A stretch of DNA of 64,000 nucleotides, from the IMG/VR virus record IMGVR_UViG_3300027791_000015, positions 5,908-69,907 of that record; one strand, given 5' to 3'. The first letter of the stretch is position 1, and each line of letters opens with the position of its first letter. The notes below the pieces were generated by a model. It saw nothing but the letters and a program-made list of their open reading frames with translations. It did not search any database and was not told where the DNA came from. A program made the position numbers and the translations under genes. This document shows positions 29,439 through 40,600 of the stretch, in pieces. The DNA comes from a virus.

Positions 29439-31077
29439 CTATGTCGGCTACCTCCCTTAGCCAACTCCAAGTAACGCTAAACGTCATTAAATTTTTTTTA
29501 GGAGTGAAAGATGTTTTTGGTGCAGAAGAAATGTGCAGTAATTCTTCGTCTGGCGTATACTTCGAAATATTAGAGTTAACAAACGTGGCATAATCAGTGA
29601 AAGCGCTCTCTTTTTGGCCCCTTAATTCCATATTCAATGTAGTGTTTCCTACTGTGGCTAAGTTTAGTTTTTGAGATATCTGTTTGTCTTTTAATATATT
29701 AAAATTATTTTTCAAATCAACTGGATAAGAGTGTGTTACAGTATTTTTGGTTGTAATTTCTTCTGGATTGCCTTCTTTAGGTTCGCTTGAGTAGGTAAAT
29801 GCATAAGTAATGGTGCCATCTATTTCGGAATAATTAACATCTTCACTCGAAATAAAGATCTGTCTAAAATCTATTGTATTGTTTCTAAATTCAGTTTCTA
29901 CCCTTGTTTGAATGTCAGCCTTTATTGTATCCCAAGCGGTTTTTGCGACATCTATAGAAGAGTTTCCAGCGGGAAATGGTTTTCCGTCTCCAACTATCTG
30001 CCCTCTTTCAGATATTAAGTAGAAGCTTTCTGTTTTTTTAATTTCACAATTGTAAGACCAACTATAAGTGTCTTGAATAGATATGTCGTTGGAATAAGTA
30101 ACCGTATAATTGATAGTTAAATTTCTCTCGTTTATATCTCTGACTACTGATATTCTTTTATCAACAAGTTGGTTAGGGGAACCATAAGGAGTAATGGTAA
30201 TTCCTGTATTATCAGCATCTCCATCGAAACCTTGAAATGCAGTCCTACATCTCGCAAAAGAATTTGTTTCGATTTGGGTTGTCGCCTCCGTTTTGAGTTC
30301 TCCCATTGAGCTTGCAGTGATTGGTCCGATATGACGAATAACCCCCTTTTCTGTTACTTTCGTTATTCCATCTTGGCCTGTAGAAACCGAAGTGTCTATT
30401 GTTTTATCAAAATTTACGTCATCTTCACCAGTACCTCTCTTAACAAAATCATATTGATGAGATAAAGAGTATGATCTAGATATTTCATCAATATTTTCCG
30501 TACAATATAATTTATATCCTGTTAGGCTTGGATTATAACCGTCAATCAATTGGCTAGCCAGAGCTTTTGCAATTAAATCTATTGCTAGCGTTTGCGACAA
30601 GTCTAATGGATCATTAGTCTCGCTGTCCAAATATAAAATATTGACTGAATAATTAAAGCTTTTATTAGAGATAGATTCGCTAAAAGAAAAAGACTCACTT
30701 AAACTTTCTAAAAAATTTGTACTTGCAAACAAACTATTTAATCCATCATCACCAGCAGTTATTGAATTTTCATAAATTTCTATAGTAGCTGATACCTTTT
30801 TTAAATTTGGGCTAAGATCATCATCAGAAAAGGAGATTTGAGTTAACTTACCTGTGCCGAAATCTACTTCGTTAATCGTAACACTTTCCATTGTTGCCGT
30901 ATCTAGAAAGTCATCAATAGTAGCGATATTGGTTGATGATTCTTCATCTAAAACAGTATCATCAATTAAAAAACCTTCAACCTTTAGGGTTTTGATTTTT
31001 TTATAATTATATAGATTTGACCCGAAATACTTATATTCGGTAGAAGATCCTAATATTGTTGTTTTATCGAAAATCAT
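29428..31077 (-). CDS. Putative tail/baseplate structural protein
   Basis: Repeated ENIDEISRSYSLSHQY / DINERNLTINYTVTY / NYSEIDGTITYAFTY segments, as in the next gene. Confidence 0.6.
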   Translation of the reverse strand: MIFDKTTILGSSTEYKYFGSNLYNYKKIKTLKVEGFLIDDTVLDEESSTNIATIDDFLDTATMESVTINEVDFGTGKLTQISFSDDDLSPNLKKVSATIEIYENSITAGDDGLNSLFASTNFLESLSESFSFSESISNKSFNYSVNILYLDSETNDPLDLSQTLAIDLIAKALASQLIDGYNPSLTGYKLYCTENIDEISRSYSLSHQYDFVKRGTGEDDVNFDKTIDTSVSTGQDGITKVTEKGVIRHIGPITASSMGELKTEATTQIETNSFARCRTAFQGFDGDADNTGITITPYGSPNQLVDKRISVVRDINERNLTINYTVTYSNDISIQDTYSWSYNCEIKKTESFYLISERGQIVGDGKPFPAGNSSIDVAKTAWDTIKADIQTRVETEFRNNTIDFRQIFISSEDVNYSEIDGTITYAFTYSSEPKEGNPEEITTKNTVTHSYPVDLKNNFNILKDKQISQKLNLATVGNTTLNMELRGQKESAFTDYATFVNSNISKYTPDEELLHISSAPKTSFTPKKNLMTFSVTWSWLREVADIDDI

Positions 31078-31866
31078 TTATCTAAAGCTAATTATTGATA
31101 TATTTGTTGAAACAACGTCTTCAGCACTCAAGCTAAATTCGGTTGATTGAATTTTTCCTTCAATTGAATAGTCCTGTAACTCATTTCCATCTAAATCTTT
31201 TACCGTAAAAGAAGCTGAAGCGTTATCTCCGTGTGTAGTAACAAAATTACTTATATCATTACTTGTAAGGCTGCATTCCGATCTTCTTTCTGTAATATCA
31301 ATAAAATCCGGGGAAGTGCCGTCATTAGTTATTAAAAATATAGGGTTTTGTTTTAAGGACACACTGAAAGATAATGCTGATACACCATCAACTCCTACTA
31401 CTGGGCTGGCAGCAGAATGACCAACACTCATATCATCTTCAAAGTCAACACTTACCACTTCCTCTGCTTCTTCAATTTGATCATTTATATTTCCATAGTA
31501 AGTTAAACTGGCGCTAGCATTAAAAAGCGAGTTGTCGCTTGCGGAAATGGACAAACTTTGTGGACACAATCCAGTAAATGTATAATCTCCGATAATCAAT
31601 GCCGTGTCAGTTTGATTAGTAAAATTTTGTGATCCATCAAAAAGCCCTGAAAATTCTTGATAAAAGAGGTCTCCATCGCTACCTATTAAATACTCTAAAT
31701 TAATTACAGTAGTAGGCCTTTGATTTGCGTAATACACCCCAGTGCTAGTAGATAAGCGATCTTTGCCAAAACCCAGAGAGTTGGAATTATTAATGCTTAA
31801 ACTTTTGCATAATATTTCTGTACTACCATATGTTACATTAACATCTTTATAGCTTCTATAACCCAT
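31078..31866 (-). CDS. Tail tube-like / distal tail protein
   Basis: S/T-rich beta pattern (PQSLSISASDN, SALSFSVSLKQNPIF) echoing the tail tube; coupled to its neighbours. Confidence 0.5.
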   Translation of the reverse strand: MGYRSYKDVNVTYGSTEILCKSLSINNSNSLGFGKDRLSTSTGVYYANQRPTTVINLEYLIGSDGDLFYQEFSGLFDGSQNFTNQTDTALIIGDYTFTGLCPQSLSISASDNSLFNASASLTYYGNINDQIEEAEEVVSVDFEDDMSVGHSAASPVVGVDGVSALSFSVSLKQNPIFLITNDGTSPDFIDITERRSECSLTSNDISNFVTTHGDNASASFTVKDLDGNELQDYSIEGKIQSTEFSLSAEDVVSTNISIISFR

Positions 31867-32714
31867 TACTCTTCTAACTCCTCCAATGTATTAACAAATG
31901 ATCTAAAATTGATAGTTCCCTCCAAGAAGCCGTTAACATCTGCGGTCAGTCCTTCTGATTCCATTCTGGCTTTTGGCATATGATATACAATGTCTGAACC
32001 CCCTTCACATTGAACTATCTTGATTTCCAAGTCGCTTGATCCGCTAACGAATGCTTCTTCAAAACTGTTTGAAACATTTTGTCTATCATCGCTGCCGACT
32101 ATCAAATCTAGACTCAAAGAAAGTTCGAATCCTGCAACACTAGAAACATCGACTGGAAGATGACTTCCCATCGCATAAGATGGCTTCCAATTTGTTGAAA
32201 TAGAATACTCAAAAGACTGAATGTGCCCCGACTCTAGTGCGCTGATACCTTCAATAAGAACAGATTTATTTCGCAATCCTAATGCACTTTCTTCCACCAT
32301 ATCTGCTAGTAATTGGTCCTTTTCGTTTTCTTCTGTAATTGATGCTATCTCTCCGTAAGTAACGAATTCAATAGAGTCGGATGGTGGACTAGAGATTCCC
32401 CCATTCAATTTATAGCTATTTATATATCCACTGGTGAAAGAGAAATTACTAAGATGAGATCCCATAGTTCCAGCAGTTATAATACCACTGTTTTCAATGA
32501 ACGTATTGTATAAATTATTTCCTGCAGTTAATATTAAAGCTGATATAGATCCTTCAGACTGGTTTTTGCCCTTGTAACTTCTAGTCGCCAGACCCTTTCC
32601 AATAATTTCTGTTTTGGGACTAGAATATGAGGAATCAAAAGAAAAAGAGTTTGCTCCCTTAATTCCTTCTCCACCTAAGCTTACAAAAACGTCTTGACTT
32701 CTAGAATACCTCAT
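31866..32714 (-). CDS. Tail tube-like / distal tail protein
   Basis: IQSFEYSISTNWKPSYAMGS...LSLSLD and GYINSYKLNGGI parallel VQSFSVSVDLPREALERLGS...VSLD and GFVSSYSVSASVGG of the tube protein. Confidence 0.55.
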   Translation of the reverse strand: MRYSRSQDVFVSLGGEGIKGANSFSFDSSYSSPKTEIIGKGLATRSYKGKNQSEGSISALILTAGNNLYNTFIENSGIITAGTMGSHLSNFSFTSGYINSYKLNGGISSPPSDSIEFVTYGEIASITEENEKDQLLADMVEESALGLRNKSVLIEGISALESGHIQSFEYSISTNWKPSYAMGSHLPVDVSSVAGFELSLSLDLIVGSDDRQNVSNSFEEAFVSGSSDLEIKIVQCEGGSDIVYHMPKARMESEGLTADVNGFLEGTINFRSFVNTLEELEE

Positions 32715-32726
32715 ACCTTGGTATTT

Positions 32727-32754
32727 ATTACACTTTTATCGAACCTTATTGAAT
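32727..32754 (-). promoter_or_regulatory. Putative phage late promoter
   Basis: ATTCAA-N16-TGTAAT, 12 nt before ATG 32714; upstream box is degenerate and lies in the end of the previous gene. Confidence 0.6.
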
Positions 32755-33635
32755 TGTGCAGACCTGTCAGCGACTTGAATACCAGCCCTTCTCAATTTTT
32801 CGGAATCAGCTCCTGTAAAACTTTTATTTTTGCCTGTATTTTTTTCGGCTTCGTACCTCATTTGTGCAAATTCAATTATCTCGTCTGGATCTTCAGATTC
32901 AATACCTGGATAGTTTTTAAAAATACTTGAAAATGTATTTGCATTTGTTGCCAAGTTTGTTTGAAAATATGTAATTTGACTAATAGGTTTTCCAAAATAT
33001 TGATATGTGTTTTTTGATAGGTCCCAAGAACTTCGAAAAAAATGTTTAATAGATATTCTTTTAATATTTGATTCTTTTAATTTTTCAGTATATTTAGTAT
33101 AACTTTTGTTAATTTTAAATAACTCTTCTGGCTCTATTTCATCAAAGTCTTTTTCATTAAACTTTTTTTGAGAAAGATCTCTGTCTAAATATAAAGAATT
33201 CACAATGTAATGTTCATGCATTCTTCTATCAGTAATTTTTTCTATTGAGCTGGATGTAATTGAGTATTTTTGATCCAACAAATTCTGATATTCTTTTTCA
33301 TTCGCTTCAAGTTCACTCTTTGCATGTTTTTTCATGTCTTCCGCCAGTGACTTCTGAATAGTTTTTTTTAGTTGGTCATTTAATTCTTCTAGATCTTTAA
33401 TCTTGCTTTCCTTCTCCTCTGACCACAAATCTTGAGAAATAGCCCTTTCTATTAAACTTTCAGAAGTCTCTACTCCTCTTTTTTTTAATCTTTCGTAAAA
33501 AAAAGAATATACTCTTTCGTAATCTACATGATCATCCAGAGACATGTGTTTTATATAAAGGCTATTCTCAATATCATAAGAATAGCCTTTTAATATTTCC
33601 GAAAGCGCACTTCGAAGAATAGAATCTTCGTTCAT
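32736..33635 (-). CDS. Helical/coiled-coil protein, possible tail assembly chaperone
   Basis: Charged helical protein near the tape measure; YQYFGKPISQITYFQ resembles chaperone-type C-termini. Confidence 0.5.
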   Translation of the reverse strand: MNEDSILRSALSEILKGYSYDIENSLYIKHMSLDDHVDYERVYSFFYERLKKRGVETSESLIERAISQDLWSEEKESKIKDLEELNDQLKKTIQKSLAEDMKKHAKSELEANEKEYQNLLDQKYSITSSSIEKITDRRMHEHYIVNSLYLDRDLSQKKFNEKDFDEIEPEELFKINKSYTKYTEKLKESNIKRISIKHFFRSSWDLSKNTYQYFGKPISQITYFQTNLATNANTFSSIFKNYPGIESEDPDEIIEFAQMRYEAEKNTGKNKSFTGADSEKLRRAGIQVADRSAQFNKVR

Positions 33636-34405
33636 TACTTCTTACTATCTTTTTTTACTTTCTTTTTAGCTTTTTTTTCTTCTGATTCCGCCTTGACTTC
33701 CTCTACTACTTCTTTTTCTATTTCCTCTTCTTCAATTTCTGTTTCAATTTTTTTACCGAAATTTTCTTTATAAAATCCTTCGAAATCTTGTTCGGTGTCA
33801 GCGATTCCCATAAACCACAAAGTAAATAGAAAAACTAGTTTGTTATAAATTTCAGACCATTCGTCTCCATTTTCGCCATCTTGCTTTTCTTCCATATGCT
33901 GGAACTGCTCAATCATTCTTTTTTGTGGATGCTCATTATCTGATTCAAACATAGCTTTTTCATCAATCAGAGAAAAGTTTAAAAAAGCATAGTCAATTGA
34001 TTTGTTGCGAGCTTTAGTCTCAACAGTATCATCATAAATTGCCGAATAATATTCATTGAAATTTCTAATCTGATCTGACAACTTATTTATCTCTTCGTAT
34101 AATTTGATTCTAGTATCTTTGTTTTTATCGCCCGTACTAGTTAGCAAATCTTCTTCTTTTCTTACAAGCTGTTGGCGTAATTTGGTAATTTCATACTCAT
34201 CACCTTTTGTCATCGCTCCGTCGCAATTATCCATGTAATACTTATCAACAGCCGCTTTTGTTTGAACGCCCATGTTCATAAGTTTCGACTTAATCGCAGC
34301 TTGAAAGATTTCTAAATCTTCCATTTCGCTTCTATTTGGCTTTTTAAGACCAAAATCAAAAGTTTCTTCGCCTATTTTCCCCTTGAATGTATATAATTTT
34401 TTCAT
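33635..34405 (-). CDS. Helical protein with E/K-rich tail, possible tail assembly chaperone
   Basis: FGLKKPNRSEMEDLE N-terminus; coiled-coil; TAATG-coupled to the next gene. Confidence 0.5.
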   Translation of the reverse strand: MKKLYTFKGKIGEETFDFGLKKPNRSEMEDLEIFQAAIKSKLMNMGVQTKAAVDKYYMDNCDGAMTKGDEYEITKLRQQLVRKEEDLLTSTGDKNKDTRIKLYEEINKLSDQIRNFNEYYSAIYDDTVETKARNKSIDYAFLNFSLIDEKAMFESDNEHPQKRMIEQFQHMEEKQDGENGDEWSEIYNKLVFLFTLWFMGIADTEQDFEGFYKENFGKKIETEIEEEEIEKEVVEEVKAESEEKKAKKKVKKDSKK

Positions 34406-34414
34406 AAATTTCCC

Positions 34415-34633
34415 TTACCTATTGATTTTATAGTAATTCTCAGCCTGATCTTCGAAAAACCTAGCTTGATCATTGCCAACATCTAGAATTCTCTGTCTTG
34501 CCTCTTCATAATCATCATTAGAAATGCACTTTTTATCAAGTAAATCTTCTAAATGATACAAATATTGTTTAAACATGTATTTGATACACCGTTTGCCCAA
34601 AAAATTGAAATATAAATAATCCTTTTCTTCCAT
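34415..34633 (-). CDS. Small hypothetical protein
   Basis: 72 aa with GGAGG 6 nt before the ATG and the promoter motif upstream. Confidence 0.75.
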   Translation of the reverse strand: MEEKDYLYFNFLGKRCIKYMFKQYLYHLEDLLDKKCISNDDYEEARQRILDVGNDQARFFEDQAENYYKINR

Positions 34634-34650
34634 ACCTTGCCTCCAAGGTA
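34633..34650 (-). promoter_or_regulatory. Hairpin over the ribosome-binding region
   Basis: Minus strand TACCTTG-GAGG-CAAGGTA: perfect 7-bp stem whose last base is the A of the start codon. Confidence 0.55.
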
Positions 34651-34652
34651 GT

Positions 34653-34680
34653 ATTACATTTAAAAGGGTAAAATGAGAAA
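34653..34680 (-). promoter_or_regulatory. Putative phage late promoter
   Basis: TTTCTC-N16-TGTAAT, directly after the tape measure stop. Confidence 0.75.
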
Positions 34681-37600
34681 TTATGCAGGTGCTACAACGT
34701 CACCTCTCAATGAGGCTTCTAAACCCTCCAGCCTTGTTCTCATTGATTCGATCATAGCCTCTGTATTTGCAAAGTTTTCTTCTACTCCATCAAAAGATAA
34801 TGTAAAATTATTAAATGTCTCCACCTTACTTTCTACACCTTCGTTTAGAGTGGTAATGAATGTGGCAATATTTTGATTCAGATCTGCAAGTTGTTCAACG
34901 TTACTGTTTTGCTTGTCTTGTTTAATTTGCTCTAAAAGCTCACTAAATGTAATTTCTTGATTTTCAACAAGTTTTTGTATAACTGCTTCAAGATTTCCCC
35001 TATCACCTTGCGTCTTATCTGATGATTTAAAATCGTCTATCGCTTTTATTGCTGTACCCATCTCGTCACCAGTTATAGTTTTATCTGACTTCCCTTGTTC
35101 TAAAGACCTTAAAATTTCTGTCAGAAAGTCGGTATTATTTTTTGACTCTGCAAGCGCCGATAACGCTGTATTAGTTTTCTTAAGTTCTTCTATTAAGGGA
35201 TTTGTGGTTTCTTCAGGTGCTGGCTTAGTATCTTTAACAGCACTGTCTGTTCCATACTGATAAGCGTTAGCATCTCCACCTTCGATTAAATTAGGAAGTC
35301 CCATCATTGATCGGAACGCTGCATTATCTGATTTTCCCTGACTCTGTGAGAACATATAATTTTCCCTTGGATCGTCGAGATCGACGCCGACGGGTGCCAT
35401 ACTTGCTGCGCCATATCCAAGACGTGCGTTATTCTTATTGAAGTCTAATGGCATTCCACTCTTAATATCAAAATCTCCAGATTCCAAGACAGATGAGTTA
35501 AATATTTGGTCATACATCTCAGTTCCATGATTAAACATTCCTCGTTCGCTATATGCGTTTTTAAAGGGATTGTTGAAAATGGCACTTTGGTCTATTTGAT
35601 GCCTTTCTGTTGTCTCCATGCCACTTTTAGTATGAAAACTCTTAGGTCCATCGTAACGCCCAAGATTGTTATTGTTTTGTATTCTGGAATATTCTTTGAT
35701 ATATTGGTCTCGTAACCTTGCCTGTTCTTTGTTTTGGGGGACTACCAATCCACTCAAACCAGCATCCCTGTTTACGACATCTTTTCGTTCTGTAAATGCT
35801 TCTCTTACGCTCGATGGAGTACTTGCAATTAAGGCGTCATTAGTTTTGCCCCTGCTGGTTATTTCGTTTGTTAAGACTCCAAATCCAGCAGTTTCCATTC
35901 GTGAGCCATATTGCCCTTCTCCCATGCGTCTAATAGCTTCGTTAGCTCTTCCAGCAACATCATATTTATTGAATTTAAATTGTCCGTTCTCGTCAACCTC
36001 CGTTCCAGTATTTTTTATATTTCTGTCAAATTCAGATAACATACTTGCTTGCGTAAATCTATCTATTTTAAATTTTCCGTCTTCGTCTTTCTCTTCCAAG
36101 GCAGCAACAAAACCCTCTCTAATTTCTCCAGCCTCATTTGTCAATACTTTCTTAACTCCCTTTGTACTTGTATATTCTCCTTGAGCTCTAACTTTACCAG
36201 CGATAGTTGGATCATCTCTGCCCATCACTTCTGACACGCTCATTCCCATTTCAGATCCTTGTTGAGATCTTACGGATTGGTCTGTTCTTAACTTCCTAAG
36301 AATAGCTTCTTGGTTGTTAGAAATGTTTATGTTTTCCCTTCTATCATTCGACGCTATTTTTTCAAGTTCAAGACTCTCGGCAGCTGATAATACTAAACTG
36401 TTCAGTGTTGTTTCTACACCCTCGGTCCCAGAGAAAATGTTTTTTAGTTCGGTTCTTATATTATTGAGCTCTTCTAGGCTAGAAATTCCTGTTGCCATTT
36501 TCGCTAGAACTGGGGTCAATTTCTCTTCATCAAAACTAGTGCCAGAAGTAACTATAGGGTTTATGAGTTCGTCTATTCCCCCAATGGTGTCGTCAAAAAT
36601 TTTATTTTTGTTTGTTCCAGTTAAGACCTCTTCTTCCTTAACTTTTAATGCTTGTATCTTATTAAAATTATCATCCCTTCCTGAGCCTGTTAGTCCGAAT
36701 CTGCTACCAGACATTAATAGAGCACTTCTTTCTCTGTTTATTTCGGTTGGGCCAGATAATTGATCCCTGAATGAGCTTGCATTGTTTATACTTCTTTGTA
36801 CATTAAAGTTCTCCATTTGCGCCCTACCAAACGCAGCACTATTAATTCCCAACCCTACCCTTGTTCTTGTCATCGACCTTCGGTTTGCCATGTCTTGGAA
36901 TCCACCTCCAGATTTAAAACTTTCGCTTATAATATTACCGTATTCGTGTAGTGCATCAGATGATTCTCTAATCGCAGAAGGCAAATCGTCTATGTCAATT
37001 CCCAAACGCATTAACGCTTTTTGTATCCCGCCAAAACGGCCGGAACTGAGTCCTTCGGATATAGATTTTGAGAATTCACCTATAGAATCACCAGAATTCT
37101 TCATAGCTTGATCCATTGCACTAAAATCAACATTACTTAAATTTATGTTTTTTAGTTCCTTTTTTTGATCTTCGGATATGTCAGAGAAAGGATCGTCCTC
37201 TACAATAAAACTGTTGCTACTCATTCCCATCTTCGACAGAAGTTTGTCGAAGCCCTCAAGCATAGAAAGACCACTCGCCCCTTGGCCTTGGCCGTTTCTG
37301 GCTAAATTCATTATCATTTTTTCACGATTTCTGCTAAAATCAGTTTGAACAACTCGACTACCCGTTGTATCTTCGAGTATTTTTGTTACGTCAAGCCTAT
37401 TTTTAGCCTCAAATGTTTGCGAATTTAACTGTCTCTGCAATTCCACGGCTACATCGCCCCTATCGTTCGAGGTCGCAGATGTCAATTTTTCAATTTGTTC
37501 GGATGTTAAACCCGACTCTCTTAAAGTTTTGTTTGTTGCGTCTTCTATACCTAATATTTTCTGCTGATCAAGATCTCCAGAAGATATTAAGTCCGAAATT

Positions 37601-40600
37601 AGAGATTGAGACTGTAAAAAAGATTTAATCGCATTGGCGCTGTTTGCATTTGTTTCTTGAAGCTTGTCAAATTGTGCGGCTAATATATCTGAGGGTGACT
37701 CCTTTTTTCCTGCAGATGAAACACCTCCAAGTATAGCGCCTCCTACAGTCCCAGCTATCATTGCAGGCAGTCCAAACAATGATCCAGCGGACATGCCCGT
37801 CGAAGCTCCTTGCGCCGCGCCTTCGAAAATATTTCCAGTTCTTTTAGCAGCATCTTCATCTTGACCCGCTTTTCCAGCTATGAATTCAGCGCCACGACCT
37901 ATCGTTGGAGCAGACATACTCAAAACCATACTGCCTAAAAATCCCCTTTGAGCAATTCCTTGGTTTCTTTGGAATCTCCTATTTGAAATATCGGCTTTTA
38001 TCATTTTCTTAGCCATAGGTGTCATAGTCTTATCCTGCTCAAAACGTTTTTCTATACCTCTGAAACTCGGCATACCTAATCTCCCTCCTATTCCTTTACG
38101 GCTTTGTTTATCTATTGCTGCTTGAGCTCCCTTAACTTGTTGTTCGGCTATTTGTTGGTCTATTTCAAAAAATCTATTACCAACAGAAGTTTTAACAGCG
38201 GTTCTAACTTGTTGTCTAAGCTTTTTGCCTTCTGGGGTACTATTCAAATCTTTCATGCTCATCCCCCTTCTTCCCATCTGCGTTTTTAACTCTGATCGAT
38301 ATTCATCATTTAATACCATCGATCTGTCTGCTTGCGAGAACCTAGTATTTGCATTTACTGGAGTTGCGCCTTGGAATCGACTTGTCTGATCTTGTCTCCT
38401 TACGTCTTCTTCTATGTCACGTCGCTGCAGAGCTTTCTCTCTTCGTAGTTCCTGCTCTCTTATCTTTTGCGCTTCAAGTGCTCGCCGTTTCTTGGCTTCT
38501 CTTTCTTGAGCTATACGGTCGGCATTATCAAGACTATCTTGTCTCCTTGCAAACTCACCAAAATTATCGGCTCCAGTTGGAGAACCCCTAGGTGGTCCAA
38601 TGAAACTTGAACTTCTAAGGTTTTCAAAAGCTCCTGAAGCTCCTTTATTTATTAGGTTTCTTTTGGTAGCTTCTTTGGCAGTTGGTCTGCCTACTGGATT
38701 TACTCCCTGAGACCTTTCTTTAAATCTGTTTGTTCTAACAGATCCAATAGTATTATCGGCATAAATACTATTTCCCCCTCTTTTAATAATAGCACTAGCC
38801 GTAGCGGGTAAAATTTTGTTCTGATTTCTACTTGAAGCCCCTCCTGGATTGGTACCAGCATTCTTTCGTAGCCATTCTTTATCCTTAACGGTCAAGGGTA
38901 ACCCGTTTTCTAGTTTGCCTTTTATAGCGATTTCTCTCTTGCTTCCTGCAGCATAATTAAACGTGCTCTTATTCATCATACCGCCCTTCATCATTTCTTT
39001 ATTTAAAACGATGTCCCCAGACTTATTAGGTATGATAAGCTCTTCACTATTTACAACTGCTGGACCTTTTTTTCCTCTGCCATAATTAAATTTTTCAATA
39101 ACCCTTGCTTGCGCTTTCGATGTAGCACCTCCTACATTTCTACCAATAGCATTTTGTTCTCTAATAATTGCTTCTGGAATTGTTCCGCCCGCGTTATTAG
39201 ACACTCCACGATTAAGCGCGATAGCCTTGGTTGAACGCTTTATATTATATCCTCCAGCGCTACCTGATATAATTAATCCCCTCTTTCTTAAGTGTTCTGA
39301 AAATCTAACTTCGGATCTTTCTTGAGCTTTTTGAATGGCAAGTTGTCTTTCTAAAATACCAAGAATAACTTGTTCTTTTTGTGCTTGCGAAGTAGCTAAA
39401 GCAAACTGCTTTTTCTCTTCTTCCGTACCTTGTTTTAATAAAGCTACAGTAGCGGTTTGAGTTTGTTCTCTATTTTTTTGTCCTTTGTTAAGTCCAGTTA
39501 ATGAAAGTAGAGAAGCACCGCCTTGAACCAATGTGTTAGCAAATAGATTTTTAACAACTGCAGCAGCAGCAACAAGTCCAGGTCCACTTAAAACCTTCGC
39601 GAAGCCTTCTGCGGCATCACGTAAAAAGCCGAAATTCTTGGCTCCTATAATAGCATCATTTAAAAGACCAATGAATGCATTAGACGCACCAAGTTTGTTT
39701 CCTTGAAAAGCTTCTAAAATAGAATTTATGTTCCCAACAAGATCTTTAATTGCGTCACCAGTCCCCAATGCTCCAACGCTGTTAAAAATTTTTCCAATAT
39801 TGGAATTAATTTGTTTGCTTATTCCCCCAATAGTTTGGTTATACTCTTCGTTTGCCTTATTAGCTTCATTGGTAGCCTCACCTGATTTTAAAGCTGCACT
39901 ATCAGCGACACTATACGCACTAGACAAATCTTGAAATGCGGAGATTAACTTAGAAATTTGAAACCCGCCAGCAGCCACTTGACCAATTTGAGCAGCTAAA
40001 GATTGATTACCTGCATCTTGAGCCGCTTTATAAGCAATTGAGACTTGACGCAATTTTTCCATTCCGCTTGAGTTATCATCAATTGCAACTTTTAAGTCTT
40101 TTAATTCTGCTATACGATTCGGTAAGCTCAGTCTAGTAAAAGCAGTCTTAAGGCCTTGACCCAAGGTTGCGCCACCAAGACCAGTTCTCTGCTTCATGGC
40201 CGTAATAACACCCAGTAACTCATTAAATGAAACTCCAGCACCCTGAGCTACAGCAGCAGAACGAGCCAGCGCAGCTGCTAAATCATCCGAAGAAACGGCG
40301 AAAGATGTTTCAACAGCACGAAGTTTGTTGATAACTTCAGTTGACGTCAGAGCTTCTTTCGCGAAGCCATTCAGGGTTGCCGTAATTGCGGCAACTGCTT
40401 CGTTAGTTTTTAAAGTTGTTAATCGGACCAGAATTAGGGAATCTTCAGTACGTTTCAATGTTTCTCCCACCGCCAAACCCTGACGAGCAAATTCTTGAGC
40501 AGTTTGTGCTACCGTTTGAAAAGATTGTCCAGTTTTTTTCGCAATATCAAATAATTCATTTCCAAACTTTGAAATTGTACCGCTTGATTGACCCAAAATA

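Noticed and set aside
33631-33690. Programmed -1 frameshift joining the two chaperone-like genes at A-rich slippery runs
   Set aside because: The -1 frame has TAG TAA just before the downstream ATG, so no fusion is possible from these sites; simple TAATG coupling fits.
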